64,000 nucleotides of DNA from Thermoanaerobaculia bacterium (GTDB lineage: Bacteria; Acidobacteriota; Thermoanaerobaculia; UBA5066), in NCBI GenBank assembly GCA_963719225.1, contig CAVRAY010000001.1, positions 2,272,001 through 2,336,000 on the forward strand, given 5' to 3'. Position numbers and translations under genes: made by a program. This document shows, piece after piece, positions 9,180-18,736 of the stretch. Below the pieces are notes generated by a model. The model saw only the letters and a program-made list of their open reading frames with translations, had not been told where the DNA came from and searched no databases. Position 1 is the first letter of the stretch; the number at the start of each line of letters is the position of its first letter.

Positions 9180-10637
9180 ATGAAGACCTCGAGAACCGTG
9201 GAGGGAGCGATGTCCGAGAACACCCGCAAGACACGTGTGGGTCGAGTGTCCGGCTTCTGCCTGGCGGCCACACTCCTGGCAGCCGCGGGAACGAAGTCCT
9301 GGATCGCGTCGAGCGAGAGCAAGCACGATTTTCTCGAGCCGTTCGTGAACCCGACCGGCGCGGCCCAGACCTTCTCGACCGCCGGCCGCATCGACACCGA
9401 CAACCCTTTCTTCCAGGACCTCGGCACGAACGGGCGAACGTGCTTCACGTGCCACCGCCCCGAGAGCGGATGGACCATCACGCCGGCAGGCGTGCGGGAG
9501 CGCTTCGAGGCCACCGCCGGGCTCGACCCGATCTTCCGGACGAACGACGGCTCGAACTCGCCGAATGCAGACGTGGTGACCGTCGAAGCACGCCGAAACG
9601 CCTACAGCATGCTCCTCTCCAAGGGCCTCATCCGGGTCGGGATCGGCATTCCCGCCGACGCCGAGTTCACGCTCGATGCGGTGGACGACCCTTACGGGTT
9701 CGCGACGAGCCACGAGCTCTCGCTTTTCCGGCGTCCCCCTCCTTCCTCGAATCTGGCTTTCCTCAGCACGGTCATGCTCGACGGCCGCGAGACGTTCCCC
9801 GGGCAGACGATCGCCTTCGACCTATCGCACCAGGCGAATGAAGCCACGATGGGACACGCGCAAGCGAGCGTCCCGCTCTCGAACGAGCAGCGGGACCAGA
9901 TCGTCGCCTTCGAGACGGGGCTGTTCACGGCCCAGGTCTACGACATTGCCGCCGGAGATCTGAAGAGTCAGGGCGCGAAGGGCGGACCGAAGGCTCTGTC
10001 GAGGCAGGAGTTCTACATCGGGATCAACGACCCGCTGGGGCTGAATCCCACGGGGGCGCCATTCAGTCCGATCGTCTTCACCGACTTTTCGGCCTGGGCG
10101 AGGCTCAAGAGCAGTCACGGGGACGACGCCGACGAAGAGGACGAAAACGAGGGACGGACGGCGGCGCGGCTGACCGTGGCGCGGGGCGAAAAGCTGTTCA
10201 ACAGCAAGCGGATCAACATCACGGGAGTCAAGGGCCTCAACGACGACCTCGGCGTCGTGAGCATCCCGGGCACGTGCGGCACGTGTCACGACTCGCCGAA
10301 CGTCGGCGACCACTCCGTGGCGGCGCCCCTCGACATCGGCCTCTCCGACGCCTCGCGCCGGACACCCGACATGCCCCTCTACACGCTCAAGAGAAAGACG
10401 ACCGGCGAGACCGTCCAGACGACCGACCCCGGCAGGGCTCTCGTGTCCGGCCGGTGGAAGGATATCGGCCGGTTCAAGGGGCCGATCCTGCGCGGCCTCG
10501 CGGCCCGGGCGCCTTACTTCCACGACGGCTCGGCCGCCACGCTTGCCGATGCGGTGCGGTTCTACAACAACCGCTTCACCATCGGGCTGACGGAAGCAGA
10601 GGTTTCGGACCTCGTCGCGTTCCTGCGGGTCCAGTGA
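9180..10637 (+). CDS. Exported diheme cytochrome c (cytochrome c peroxidase/MauG-like)
   Basis: CFTCH and CGTCH heme motifs, DPGRAL..G and FK.P.LRGL..RAPYFHDGS..TL. N-terminal hydrophobic signal. Confidence 0.85.
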   Translation: MKTSRTVEGAMSENTRKTRVGRVSGFCLAATLLAAAGTKSWIASSESKHDFLEPFVNPTGAAQTFSTAGRIDTDNPFFQDLGTNGRTCFTCHRPESGWTITPAGVRERFEATAGLDPIFRTNDGSNSPNADVVTVEARRNAYSMLLSKGLIRVGIGIPADAEFTLDAVDDPYGFATSHELSLFRRPPPSSNLAFLSTVMLDGRETFPGQTIAFDLSHQANEATMGHAQASVPLSNEQRDQIVAFETGLFTAQVYDIAAGDLKSQGAKGGPKALSRQEFYIGINDPLGLNPTGAPFSPIVFTDFSAWARLKSSHGDDADEEDENEGRTAARLTVARGEKLFNSKRINITGVKGLNDDLGVVSIPGTCGTCHDSPNVGDHSVAAPLDIGLSDASRRTPDMPLYTLKRKTTGETVQTTDPGRALVSGRWKDIGRFKGPILRGLAARAPYFHDGSAATLADAVRFYNNRFTIGLTEAEVSDLVAFLRVQ

Positions 10638-10708
10638 TGGATTCGAACGCCGGTGCGGAGCCTTCAATCGCCGTCTAGCAACTGCCATGCTTCTGCTATA
10701 AACGCCGG

Positions 10709-11549
10709 ATGGGCGGATCCAGGCCGAGCGCGAAGGGCCACGGGTCGAGGATGCCCGAGGAGCGCTGGTATGTCCTGATCCACCAGCTCCCGCCGACGCC
10801 GCTCTACCTCCGAGCGAAGGTGCGGAATCGGCTCTCGAAGGTTGGAGCCGTCGCTTTGAAGAACTCCGTCTACGTCCTCCCGCAGACGGACGACTGTCTG
10901 GAAGACCTCCAGTGGATCGTCGAGGAGGCGGTCGCGGGAGGCGGGGAGGCGTTCGTCAGCGAGGCCCGCTTCGTGACCGGAATCTCGAACGAGGCGCTCG
11001 TGAAGCTCTTCCAGGGCCAGCGCCAGGCCGATTACGCGGCGCTTTCGGGTGAAATTCGAGAAGCCCTCTCCAGCCTGAAGCAGCGGAGCGGGGTGAACCC
11101 TCCGGAGCAGGATCTCAGGGGGAGCGCTCGCCCGCTTCAAGAAGAGGCTGGACGAGATCAAGGCGACGCGCCGCGGCATCCAGGTCGACCGCATCGCGTC
11201 CGCATGGCTGGTCCGCCGGTTCATCGATCCGACGGCGCGGTTCCGTTTCGTCGAGCCGAAGTCGGCCGCGGCCGTTCCGGGAGAGATCCGTTTCGACATG
11301 GTGCCGGGCGATTTCACGCACGAGGGCGACCATTGCACCTTCGAGACCCTCGTCGCGAAGACGAACGTCGGCGATCCCGCCGTCTCGCAGATCGCCGAGA
11401 TCGTCCATGACATCGACTTGAAGGACGGCAAGTACGGTTGCACCGATGCGCCCGGGATCCAGCGCCTGCTACTCGGCCTCGTCCTCTCTCACCCGGCGGA
11501 CGAAGACCGGCTCGCGCGCGCGTTCGCGTTGTTCGACGACTTGTACTGA
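10709..11549 (+). pseudogene. chrB: Chromate resistance regulator ChrB-like, frameshifted near 11120
   Basis: W..LIHQLP..P.YLR.KV..RL...GAV.LKNSVYVLP, then in another frame VDRIASAWLVRRFID, FTHEGDHCTFE, IAEIVHDIDLKD. Confidence 0.8.
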
Positions 11550-11565
11550 TCCTTCTCGAGCGCCG

Positions 11566-14500
11566 TCAGCCGGCCGGCTCAGCGAGAGCGGGGACCTCTG
11601 GCTTCCTCTCCTCAGCTCCCGCCGGAATCGCCTTGTGCGTCCGAGCCACGAGGACGTAGATCGACGGCACGACGAAGAGCGTGAACGCGGAGCCGATGAT
11701 CATGCCGCTGACGAGCATGATGCCGATCGAGTTGCGCGCGCCCGCTCCCGGGCCTCGCGCGAAGACGAGCGGGAGGTGGCCCATGACCGTCGCGGCCGTC
11801 GTCATGAGGATCGGCCTGAGACGCGTGCTCGCCGACTCGATGACCGCCTCCAGCTTCTCTTTCCCCGCCTCCTGGAGCTTGTTCGCGAACTCCACGATGA
11901 GGATCCCGTTCTTGGACACGAGGCCGACGAGCGTGATGAGTCCGACCTGGCTGAAGATGTTGAGCGTCGTCAGCCCGAGGAACGAGAACAGCAGCGAGCC
12001 CGACAGGGCGAGCGGGACCGACCCCGCGAGGACGATGAACGGGTCGCGGAAGCTCTCGAACTGCGCGGCGAGCACGAGATAGATCAGGATCCCCGAAAGC
12101 AGGAACGTGCCGAGGAACTTGCCGCCTTCGGTGCGCAGCTGTCGCGATTCGCCCGCGTAGTCGATCGTGAAACCCTTCGGCAGGATGCGCCGGGCCTCGT
12201 CTTCGAGGACGCGCAAGGCGTTGTCGAGCGAGACTCCCGGCGGGATAACCCCCTGGATGCGCACGGCATTCAGCTGCTGGAACCTCTTCAGCTCACGCGG
12301 CTCGGCCGAGGTCTTGAGAGTTGCGAAGGTCGACAGAGGGACGAGCTTGTTGTCCGCCCCGGTGACGTAAACCTGCTCGAGCTGGTCGGGCGTCAGGCGC
12401 TCGGTACGCTTGAGCTGCGGGATGACCTTGTAGCTGCGCCCCTGGATACTGAACCGGTTCACGTAGTCGCCGCCGAGGAGCGTCGAGAGATCCCGGCCGG
12501 CCTGGCTCAGGCTGACGCCCTGCGCTCTCAGCTTGTCGCGGTCGAAGACGATCTCGGCCTGCGGCTGGTCGAACTTGAGGTCCGCGTCGGCGAACATGAA
12601 GAGGCCGCTCTGGAAGGCCTTTCCCACGAGCTTGTTCGCGAACTCCGTGAGGCGCGCCGGCTCGGCGGTCGAGGCGATGACGAGGTCCACCGGAAAGTCT
12701 CCACCGCCCGGCAGGGCCGGCGGGGTCAGCGATATGACGCGCACGCCCGGGATCTTCGAGAGCTGAGCCGCGGCTTCCACCTGGAGCTGCTCGGTGCTCT
12801 TCTTCCTCGCGCTCCAGGGCTTCGTGACCATGCCGCCGAACCCCCCGTTCGGAAACGTGATCTGGAAGATGCTCTCGCTTTCCGGAAACGACCTGTAGAC
12901 GTCGTGGACCTGCGAGGCGAAGAGTTTCGTCTGGTCGATCGTCGCGTTCGGCGCCGCCTGGATGATCCCGAAGACGACGCTCTGGTCCTCCTTCGGCGCC
13001 AGCTCCTTCTGCGAGAACATGTAGAAGGGCACGCTCAGGGCCGCCACGATGATCCACAGCACGAAGACGACCGGCCGATAGTTCAGCGTTCCCGTCAGCA
13101 GGCGCCCGTACGTCCGCCGCACCACGTCGAAATGCCGGTTGATCATTCCGGCGAACCCACGCTCCGAGGCGCCGGACTTGAGCAGCCTGGAGCCCATCAT
13201 CGGCGAGAGCGTGAGCGCCACGACGCCGGAGACGATCACCGCGCCCGCGAGCGTGAACGCGAACTCCCGAAACAGCGCGCCGGTCAGTCCCCCCTGGATG
13301 CCGATGGGCGCGTAAACGGCCGCGAGCGTGATCGTCATGGCGATGATCGGCCCGACGAGCTCCCGCGCCGCGCGGATCGCCGCATCGAAGGGTTTCTCGC
13401 CCAGGTGCAGGTGCCGCTCCATGTTCTCGACCATGACGATCGCGTCGTCCACGACGAGGCCGACGGAGAGCACGATGGCGAGAAGCGTCAGGAGGTTGAT
13501 CGTGAAGCCGGCCACGAGCATTAGGAAGACCGCTCCGACGAGCGAAACCGGAATCGCGACGATCGGGATGAGGACGGAGCGGAACGAGCCCAGGAAGAGG
13601 AAGATGACGACAATCACGATGAGCAGGGTCTCCGTGAGCGTCTTGAGGACTTCGTTGATGGCGTCCTGGATGTACGCCGTCGAGTCGTAGGGGATCCCCA
13701 CCTTCATCCCCGCCGGAAGCTGTGCCTGGATGTCGGGGATCGCTTCGCGGACGCTCTTGATCACGTCGAGAGAGTTCGCCGTCGGCAGCACCCAGACTCC
13801 CATGAACGTGGCGCCCTGCCCGTTGAAACGGACGTCCGACTCGTAGTCCTCGGCCCCGAGAACGACGTCGGCGATCTCGCCGAGCCTCACGACGACGCCC
13901 TTCTCCTCCTTCACGACGAGGTTGCGAAATTCCTCCACCGTCTGGAGGTTCGTGTTCGCGACCAGGTTCACGGACACCATGGAGCCCTTCGTGCGCCCGA
14001 TCGCGGCCAGGGTGTTGTTGTTCGCCAGCGCCTCGCGGACCTGGGACGCCGACAGGCCGAGCGCGGCCATCTTCTCGGGCTTGAGCCAGAGGCGCATCGC
14101 AAACGTCCGGCTGCCGAGGATGTCCGCGCGCTGGACGCCGCTGATCGCGGAGAGCTTCGGCTGGACGACGCGCGTCAGGTAGTCGGTGATCTGGTTCTGG
14201 TCGAGATCCGGCGAGGAGAAGCCGATATACATCGCGGCGAACTGCGTATCGGCGGTCTCGAGCTCGATGACGGGCGCCTGCGCCTCCGGCGGCAGGTCGT
14301 TCCGGACCTGGGCGACCTTGGCCTGGATCTGCGTGAGGGCGGCGTTCGTGTCGTAGTTCAGCTTCAGGTGCACCGTGATCGTGCTGACGCCCTGCGCGCT
14401 CGAGGACTCCAGGTAGTCGATGCCGTCGGCGCTGGCGATCACGCGCTCGAGCGGCGTCGCGATGAAGCCACGCACGAGATCCGCATTGGCCCCGACGTAG

Positions 14501-14649
14501 GCGGTCGTCACCTTGACGACGGCGATGTCGCTGCGCGGGAACTGCCTCACGGAGAGCGAGCGGATCGCCTGGAGGCCGGCGATGAAGATGACGAGGCTGA
14601 CGACGGTCGCGAGAACCGGCCGCCTGATGAAGACGTCGGTGAACTTCAT
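11566..14649 (-). CDS. RND efflux permease (AcrB/MexI/MexW-like)
   Basis: 1027 aa. FIRRPV, GLVVDDAIVMVEN, KNGILIVEFAN, RLRPILMT. Confidence 0.96.
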   Translation of the reverse strand: MKFTDVFIRRPVLATVVSLVIFIAGLQAIRSLSVRQFPRSDIAVVKVTTAYVGANADLVRGFIATPLERVIASADGIDYLESSSAQGVSTITVHLKLNYDTNAALTQIQAKVAQVRNDLPPEAQAPVIELETADTQFAAMYIGFSSPDLDQNQITDYLTRVVQPKLSAISGVQRADILGSRTFAMRLWLKPEKMAALGLSASQVREALANNNTLAAIGRTKGSMVSVNLVANTNLQTVEEFRNLVVKEEKGVVVRLGEIADVVLGAEDYESDVRFNGQGATFMGVWVLPTANSLDVIKSVREAIPDIQAQLPAGMKVGIPYDSTAYIQDAINEVLKTLTETLLIVIVVIFLFLGSFRSVLIPIVAIPVSLVGAVFLMLVAGFTINLLTLLAIVLSVGLVVDDAIVMVENMERHLHLGEKPFDAAIRAARELVGPIIAMTITLAAVYAPIGIQGGLTGALFREFAFTLAGAVIVSGVVALTLSPMMGSRLLKSGASERGFAGMINRHFDVVRRTYGRLLTGTLNYRPVVFVLWIIVAALSVPFYMFSQKELAPKEDQSVVFGIIQAAPNATIDQTKLFASQVHDVYRSFPESESIFQITFPNGGFGGMVTKPWSARKKSTEQLQVEAAAQLSKIPGVRVISLTPPALPGGGDFPVDLVIASTAEPARLTEFANKLVGKAFQSGLFMFADADLKFDQPQAEIVFDRDKLRAQGVSLSQAGRDLSTLLGGDYVNRFSIQGRSYKVIPQLKRTERLTPDQLEQVYVTGADNKLVPLSTFATLKTSAEPRELKRFQQLNAVRIQGVIPPGVSLDNALRVLEDEARRILPKGFTIDYAGESRQLRTEGGKFLGTFLLSGILIYLVLAAQFESFRDPFIVLAGSVPLALSGSLLFSFLGLTTLNIFSQVGLITLVGLVSKNGILIVEFANKLQEAGKEKLEAVIESASTRLRPILMTTAATVMGHLPLVFARGPGAGARNSIGIMLVSGMIIGSAFTLFVVPSIYVLVARTHKAIPAGAEERKPEVPALAEPAG

Positions 14650-15785
14650 CAGCTGTCCTCGGGCTTGGGAGCGGGGTTGTTTCCCGGTTGGACCTTGTTG
14701 TTCACCTGAACGGGGGCGCCGTTGCGGAGCTTGAAGACGCCCGAGGTCACGACTTCCTGTCCTTCCTTGATGCCCGAAACCACGGCGACCTGATCGCCGC
14801 GCGAGCCCCCGAGCTTCACGAACTGCTGCTGGACGCCCCGAAAGGTGTTCCCCTTCGGACCCTCGAACGTCACGACGGCGAACACCGAATCACCGTACGG
14901 TGCGTAGCTGATCGCGGAAGCCGGGAGCGCGATGACCCTGCTGCCAGCGCCGAGATTCGCTTCCGCTTCCACGAACATCCCCGGCTTGATCTTGCCGTGC
15001 GGGTTCGCGAACGTGGCCTGGACCTGGACGTTGCGCGTCCCTTCGGCCACGACCGAGTCGACGGCCGTGACCTTGCCCGCGAGCTCCGCCGGGGGGCCGG
15101 CCGCCGAGGCCTCCGTCCGGACGCGCACGGCCGCGCCCGGACGCACGCGGCTGACCTCCTGCTGGGGGATCGAGAAGTTGACGTAGATCGGATCGAGGGA
15201 TTGAAGCGGCACGATCTTGTCGCCGGCGGCGAGGTACTGCCCGAGGTTCACCTGGCGGATCCCGAGGATCCCGGAGAACGGCGCCCGTATCGTCTTCCGT
15301 TCGATCGTGGCCCGGATCTCGCCGACGCGGGCTTCCGCCTGCGTCCGGTCCGCGGCGGCCTTGTCGTAGTCCGCCTGCGCGATGACACCCTTCTCCCTCA
15401 GCCCGCCGAGCCGGTCGAAGCTCAGGCGGGCCAGCTTGAGCTGCGCCTCGGCGGCGGCAAGCTGCGCGCGCTCCTGCCTCGCGTCCAGCTGCACGAGGAT
15501 CGCGCCGCGGGCCACCGCCCTTCCGGACTCGATGTTGATTCGATCGACGATGCCGGGGAGGTCCGCGCTGACCGTGACGCCCTGAACCGCGACGGCGGTC
15601 CCGATCGAGTTCAGGTTCGCCGGCCACTCTTCGCCCTTGGCGACCACCGTCGTCACCGCCTCGGGAGGCGGCTGAAAAGACGAGTTCTTGGCCATGGCCG
15701 CGCGCACCTGCTGGAACTTCAGAGTGCCGATGACCGCGATGAACGCGGCCGCGACGAGCAACATGAGGGTCATCCGCTTTTTCAT
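14649..15785 (-). CDS. RND periplasmic adaptor (membrane fusion protein)
   Basis: N-terminal anchor, IRAPFSG.LGIRQVNLGQY, VVTSG.FKLRNG. TGATG overlap with the permease. Alternative start at 15824. Confidence 0.93.
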   Translation of the reverse strand: MKKRMTLMLLVAAAFIAVIGTLKFQQVRAAMAKNSSFQPPPEAVTTVVAKGEEWPANLNSIGTAVAVQGVTVSADLPGIVDRINIESGRAVARGAILVQLDARQERAQLAAAEAQLKLARLSFDRLGGLREKGVIAQADYDKAAADRTQAEARVGEIRATIERKTIRAPFSGILGIRQVNLGQYLAAGDKIVPLQSLDPIYVNFSIPQQEVSRVRPGAAVRVRTEASAAGPPAELAGKVTAVDSVVAEGTRNVQVQATFANPHGKIKPGMFVEAEANLGAGSRVIALPASAISYAPYGDSVFAVVTFEGPKGNTFRGVQQQFVKLGGSRGDQVAVVSGIKEGQEVVTSGVFKLRNGAPVQVNNKVQPGNNPAPKPEDS

Positions 15786-16019
15786 GAGCCGGGACCTCCC
15801 GATGGAAAGTCCTACAGACTTCATGCCACGGAGTCGTCACAAGGTGAATGCGACTGAGATTCAGTGTTGAGAACGACTTAAGCGAGGGGATGTCAAAAGG
15901 GCGGTGGCCCCGCTCGCGAGCCGGCTCGCAGATTTTTCAGCGAGGTGTCCGGAAATCGACGTCCGAGCTCCAGAGGGCGCTCCACTAGAATCGAGAGCGA
16001 GAGGCTTCGAGACGACGTC

Positions 16020-16844
16020 ATGGCCGGATCGCGCATCGACCTCGAGGCGGAGCTCGACCGCCTGTTCGCCGTTCGGCCCGAAGAATTCGTCGCGGCGAGA
16101 AACGCGATCGCCGCCCACCTGAAAGCCTCGGGCAAAGGCGCGGACGCCGCCCGCATCAAGGCCCTGAAAAGGCCGAGCGTCCCCGCCTGGGCCGTCAACC
16201 AGCTCCGCTTCGAGACGCCCCGCGTTCTGGCGGCTCTCCTCGCCTCGGGCGACAAGCTTCGTTCCCGCTCCGTCGACATGCCGCGAACAATGGAGGCACG
16301 CCGCGAAGCGGTCGGTCAGGCACGAAAGAAGGCCGTGGAGATCCTCACGGCGGCGGGACACGCGGCCACGCCGCAGACGGTGCAGCGCGTGTCCGCGACT
16401 CTCGAGGCGCTGGCCACGTACGGCAACGCCCCCGATCGCGCCGTGGCAGGGCGGCTGACCGAGGAGCTGCCCGCTCCCGGGTTCGACGAGGTCGCCTCTC
16501 TCGGACTCCTGCGCGGCGCAGCCGGAAGCCCGAAAATCCAGGCTCCGCGCTCCCCTTCCCCGCCGGCTCCGGTCGCGCGTCCTTCCGATACGGCCGACCG
16601 CCCGAGCGCGCGCGAACGGGCGGTCCAGGCGAAGGCGCTGTCGGCGAGGAAACGGGAGGTCGCGAAGCTTCGCGGAACGCTCGCCGCGGCGGAGAAGAAC
16701 GCCGAGCGCGCGCGGAAGGCGAGGCAGGAGCTCGAGACCGCCCTGGCGGCAGCCTCTCAAGACGAGCGCAAGCACCAGGCAGCGGTGGACGCGGTTCGCA
16801 AGACCGTCGAAGCCGCGGACGCGGAGGTCGAGAGGCGCCGCTGA
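16020..16844 (+). CDS. Conserved hypothetical protein with C-terminal coiled coil
   Basis: LD.L....PEEFVAARN and LKRPSVPAWAVNQL motifs. GC-typical codon usage. Confidence 0.75.
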   Translation: MAGSRIDLEAELDRLFAVRPEEFVAARNAIAAHLKASGKGADAARIKALKRPSVPAWAVNQLRFETPRVLAALLASGDKLRSRSVDMPRTMEARREAVGQARKKAVEILTAAGHAATPQTVQRVSATLEALATYGNAPDRAVAGRLTEELPAPGFDEVASLGLLRGAAGSPKIQAPRSPSPPAPVARPSDTADRPSARERAVQAKALSARKREVAKLRGTLAAAEKNAERARKARQELETALAAASQDERKHQAAVDAVRKTVEAADAEVERRR

Positions 16845-16845
16845 A

Positions 16846-16949
16846 TCAGCGAGCGCGCCCGCGCGCCGGGGCTCCTTCCGCAGAAGGTCGATGACGCCGC
16901 GGCGCACCGGGTCGGCGAGCGCCGCGAGCGTCGCGTCGAGGTCGCTCAT
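16846..16949 (-). pseudogene. Truncated ArsR/SmtB HTH regulator (first ~35 codons only)
   Basis: MSDLDATLAALADPVRRGVIDLLRKEPRRAGALA starts with an ATGA overlap on the VOC gene. Similarity stops at the stop codon of the convergent gene. Confidence 0.7.
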
Positions 16950-17404
16950 CCCTTCGGCTTCGCGCTGCGCAGCCGCTCGGCGAACCACCAGTGGTGGCCG
17001 CCGACGTCGACACACTCGTAGCCCTTGTCCGCCCAGTAGTCCTCGCCGTAGTCCGAAACTTTGGGCTCCGTGACGATCCGGGCGCCCTTCGCGCGGGCCC
17101 TCGCGCAATGCGCCTCGACGTCGTCGACGTACATGAACATGTTCTGCGTGTTCGCGCCGCCGACCTGGCCCGGGCTCCTCACCTGAGGGTACTTGTCGGC
17201 CTTGTCCGAGCCGGCGGGCATGATGACCGCGTCGCCGCAGACGAGCTCGGAGTGCTCGATGCGGCCGCCGTCGCCCTCGACCTTGATGCGCACCTCGAAG
17301 CCGAAGGCGTCGCAGAGCCAGTCGATCGCCTTGGCGGCGTCGTCGTAATAGAGGGAGGAGGAGATGCGGGGCCAGCCGGGGGGAGTGGGTTTCAGGGCTG
17401 TCAT
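16946..17404 (-). CDS. VOC family protein (PhnB-like)
   Basis: YDDAAKAIDWLCDAFGF, IEHSEL, YVDDVEAHCARARAKGA, D..GHHWWF. Confidence 0.88.
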   Translation of the reverse strand: MTALKPTPPGWPRISSSLYYDDAAKAIDWLCDAFGFEVRIKVEGDGGRIEHSELVCGDAVIMPAGSDKADKYPQVRSPGQVGGANTQNMFMYVDDVEAHCARARAKGARIVTEPKVSDYGEDYWADKGYECVDVGGHHWWFAERLRSAKPKG

Positions 17405-17466
17405 GGAAACCTCCAGAAAAAGGACCGATCGTTAAGAATCCCGGGGAGACTTGCGGCCCTTGACCG

Positions 17467-18486
17467 TCAGTCCTGGTAGTACGTCCGCGCGATGACGTCT
17501 CCCTTCCGTCCGGCGAGCTGGACGGAGAAGGGATGGATTCCGCGCGGGCCCTCGGGCTTCACGAAGACGAGCACGTAGCGTCCTCCGAGGCTCCTGACGA
17601 CGCGGGAGAGCGCGCCGCCCGTGAAGATGTGCGTCTTTTCGTAACGACCTCCGGTCAGGTCGGCCGCCTCCATGAGACGCACTTCGAGCGTGTGGTAGTC
17701 CGCGTCCGAGATGTCGAGGGTGAACATGTTCACGCGGGCCTCGTAGAGCGCCGCGATCGCCTCCCCGGCGTCGCGTGCCTCCTTGGGCCCGTGATCCACC
17801 TGCAGCCCCCAGCCGAAAAAGAGCATCGCCTTCCCGCCGGGAATTTTCGAAAGAGCGTTCGCCACGAGGACGAGCGCCCGGTCCACCGAGGAAGCCTTCT
17901 TCGCCTCCGCGAAGTCGAAAGACCCGGCCAGGGACGGGAAGGAGCCGGGCGTCGGGCGACGAGGCTCGTCGAACGTGAACGACTCGAAGAAGGCTGCGCG
18001 GATCTCCTTCGGGTCGGCCGTGAAGTCGCGGCGCAGCTTCAGGTGGGAGTCGTAGGAGACGACCGCGACCCTGTCGGTGGGGAGGAGCGTCGAGAGGAAC
18101 CGATCCAGGTGCTGCCCCATGTTCATGAGGCCCTTTTGCCGCCGGCGCGTGAAGTCCTCCTGCACGAAGACGACGATCACGCGCCCGGGAGGCCAGGCGA
18201 GCGTCGCGGGGCCTTCACCCGCTCCGGCCAGCTCTTCGGGAGCGAGGGGAACCGCTTCGGGACGGCCCGCCGGAATCCACTCCACCGACTCCAGTTCCAC
18301 CGGACGGCCGGCTACCCTGACGCGAAAGTCGGCCGCCGTGAGATCCGGGATCGGCTCGCCCGATCCGGTCGTCACGTACGCGTCCACGAGGACCCGTTCC
18401 ACGCGCACCGTGCTCCGCACGCGGCCGGCCCGCTCCGCGTCCTGAGTCGACGCCAGGAGGAAGGCCAGCGCGAGAGCCGTGCGCAC
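17467..18486 (-). CDS. Exported VWA-domain protein (acidobacterial VWFA-related type)
   Basis: Signal peptide, V.V..V.VD..VT..SG.PI.DLT..DF.V, DRVAVVSYD, A..TGG.Y, R..Y terminus. Confidence 0.8.
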   Translation of the reverse strand: MRTALALAFLLASTQDAERAGRVRSTVRVERVLVDAYVTTGSGEPIPDLTAADFRVRVAGRPVELESVEWIPAGRPEAVPLAPEELAGAGEGPATLAWPPGRVIVVFVQEDFTRRRQKGLMNMGQHLDRFLSTLLPTDRVAVVSYDSHLKLRRDFTADPKEIRAAFFESFTFDEPRRPTPGSFPSLAGSFDFAEAKKASSVDRALVLVANALSKIPGGKAMLFFGWGLQVDHGPKEARDAGEAIAALYEARVNMFTLDISDADYHTLEVRLMEAADLTGGRYEKTHIFTGGALSRVVRSLGGRYVLVFVKPEGPRGIHPFSVQLAGRKGDVIARTYYQD

Positions 18487-18501
18487 GCCGAACCGCTTGG
18501 G

Positions 18502-18684
18502 CTAGCGCCGCCCCCGGAGCGCCGCCTCGACGGACTGCGCGCCGCGGACAGCCGCGTTCCGCGTCTTCCTGCCCGCAGCGGTACGCGCGGATTGGCGTGC
18601 GGCGCGCCTGCGAGAGAACCAGACAGCAAGGACACCGACACCGGCCGCAAGACTGAGGAGAAACGGAGTTGACACGGGTACCAC
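18502..18684 (-). CDS. Possible small single-TM protein
   Basis: Hydrophobic N-terminus followed by a basic tail. Fills the gap in a co-oriented gene run. Confidence 0.4.
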   Translation of the reverse strand: MVPVSTPFLLSLAAGVGVLAVWFSRRRAARQSARTAAGRKTRNAAVRGAQSVEAALRGRR

Positions 18685-18698
18685 CTGACGCAGGATAG

Positions 18699-18726
18699 GC
18701 GCCTTCGGGCAGGAAAGCGAAGGCGC
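18699..18726. terminator. GC-rich hairpin just downstream of the helicase stop
   Basis: GCGCCTTCG-N10-CGAAGGCGC. No U-tract on the minus strand. Confidence 0.4.
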
Positions 18727-18736
18727 TTTCCGCCTC

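Noticed and set aside
15861-17108. 415-aa minus-strand ORF as a real ArsR fusion
   Set aside because: Only ~35 residues are ArsR-like. The rest is antisense to the 16020-16844 gene or off-frame VOC sequence.
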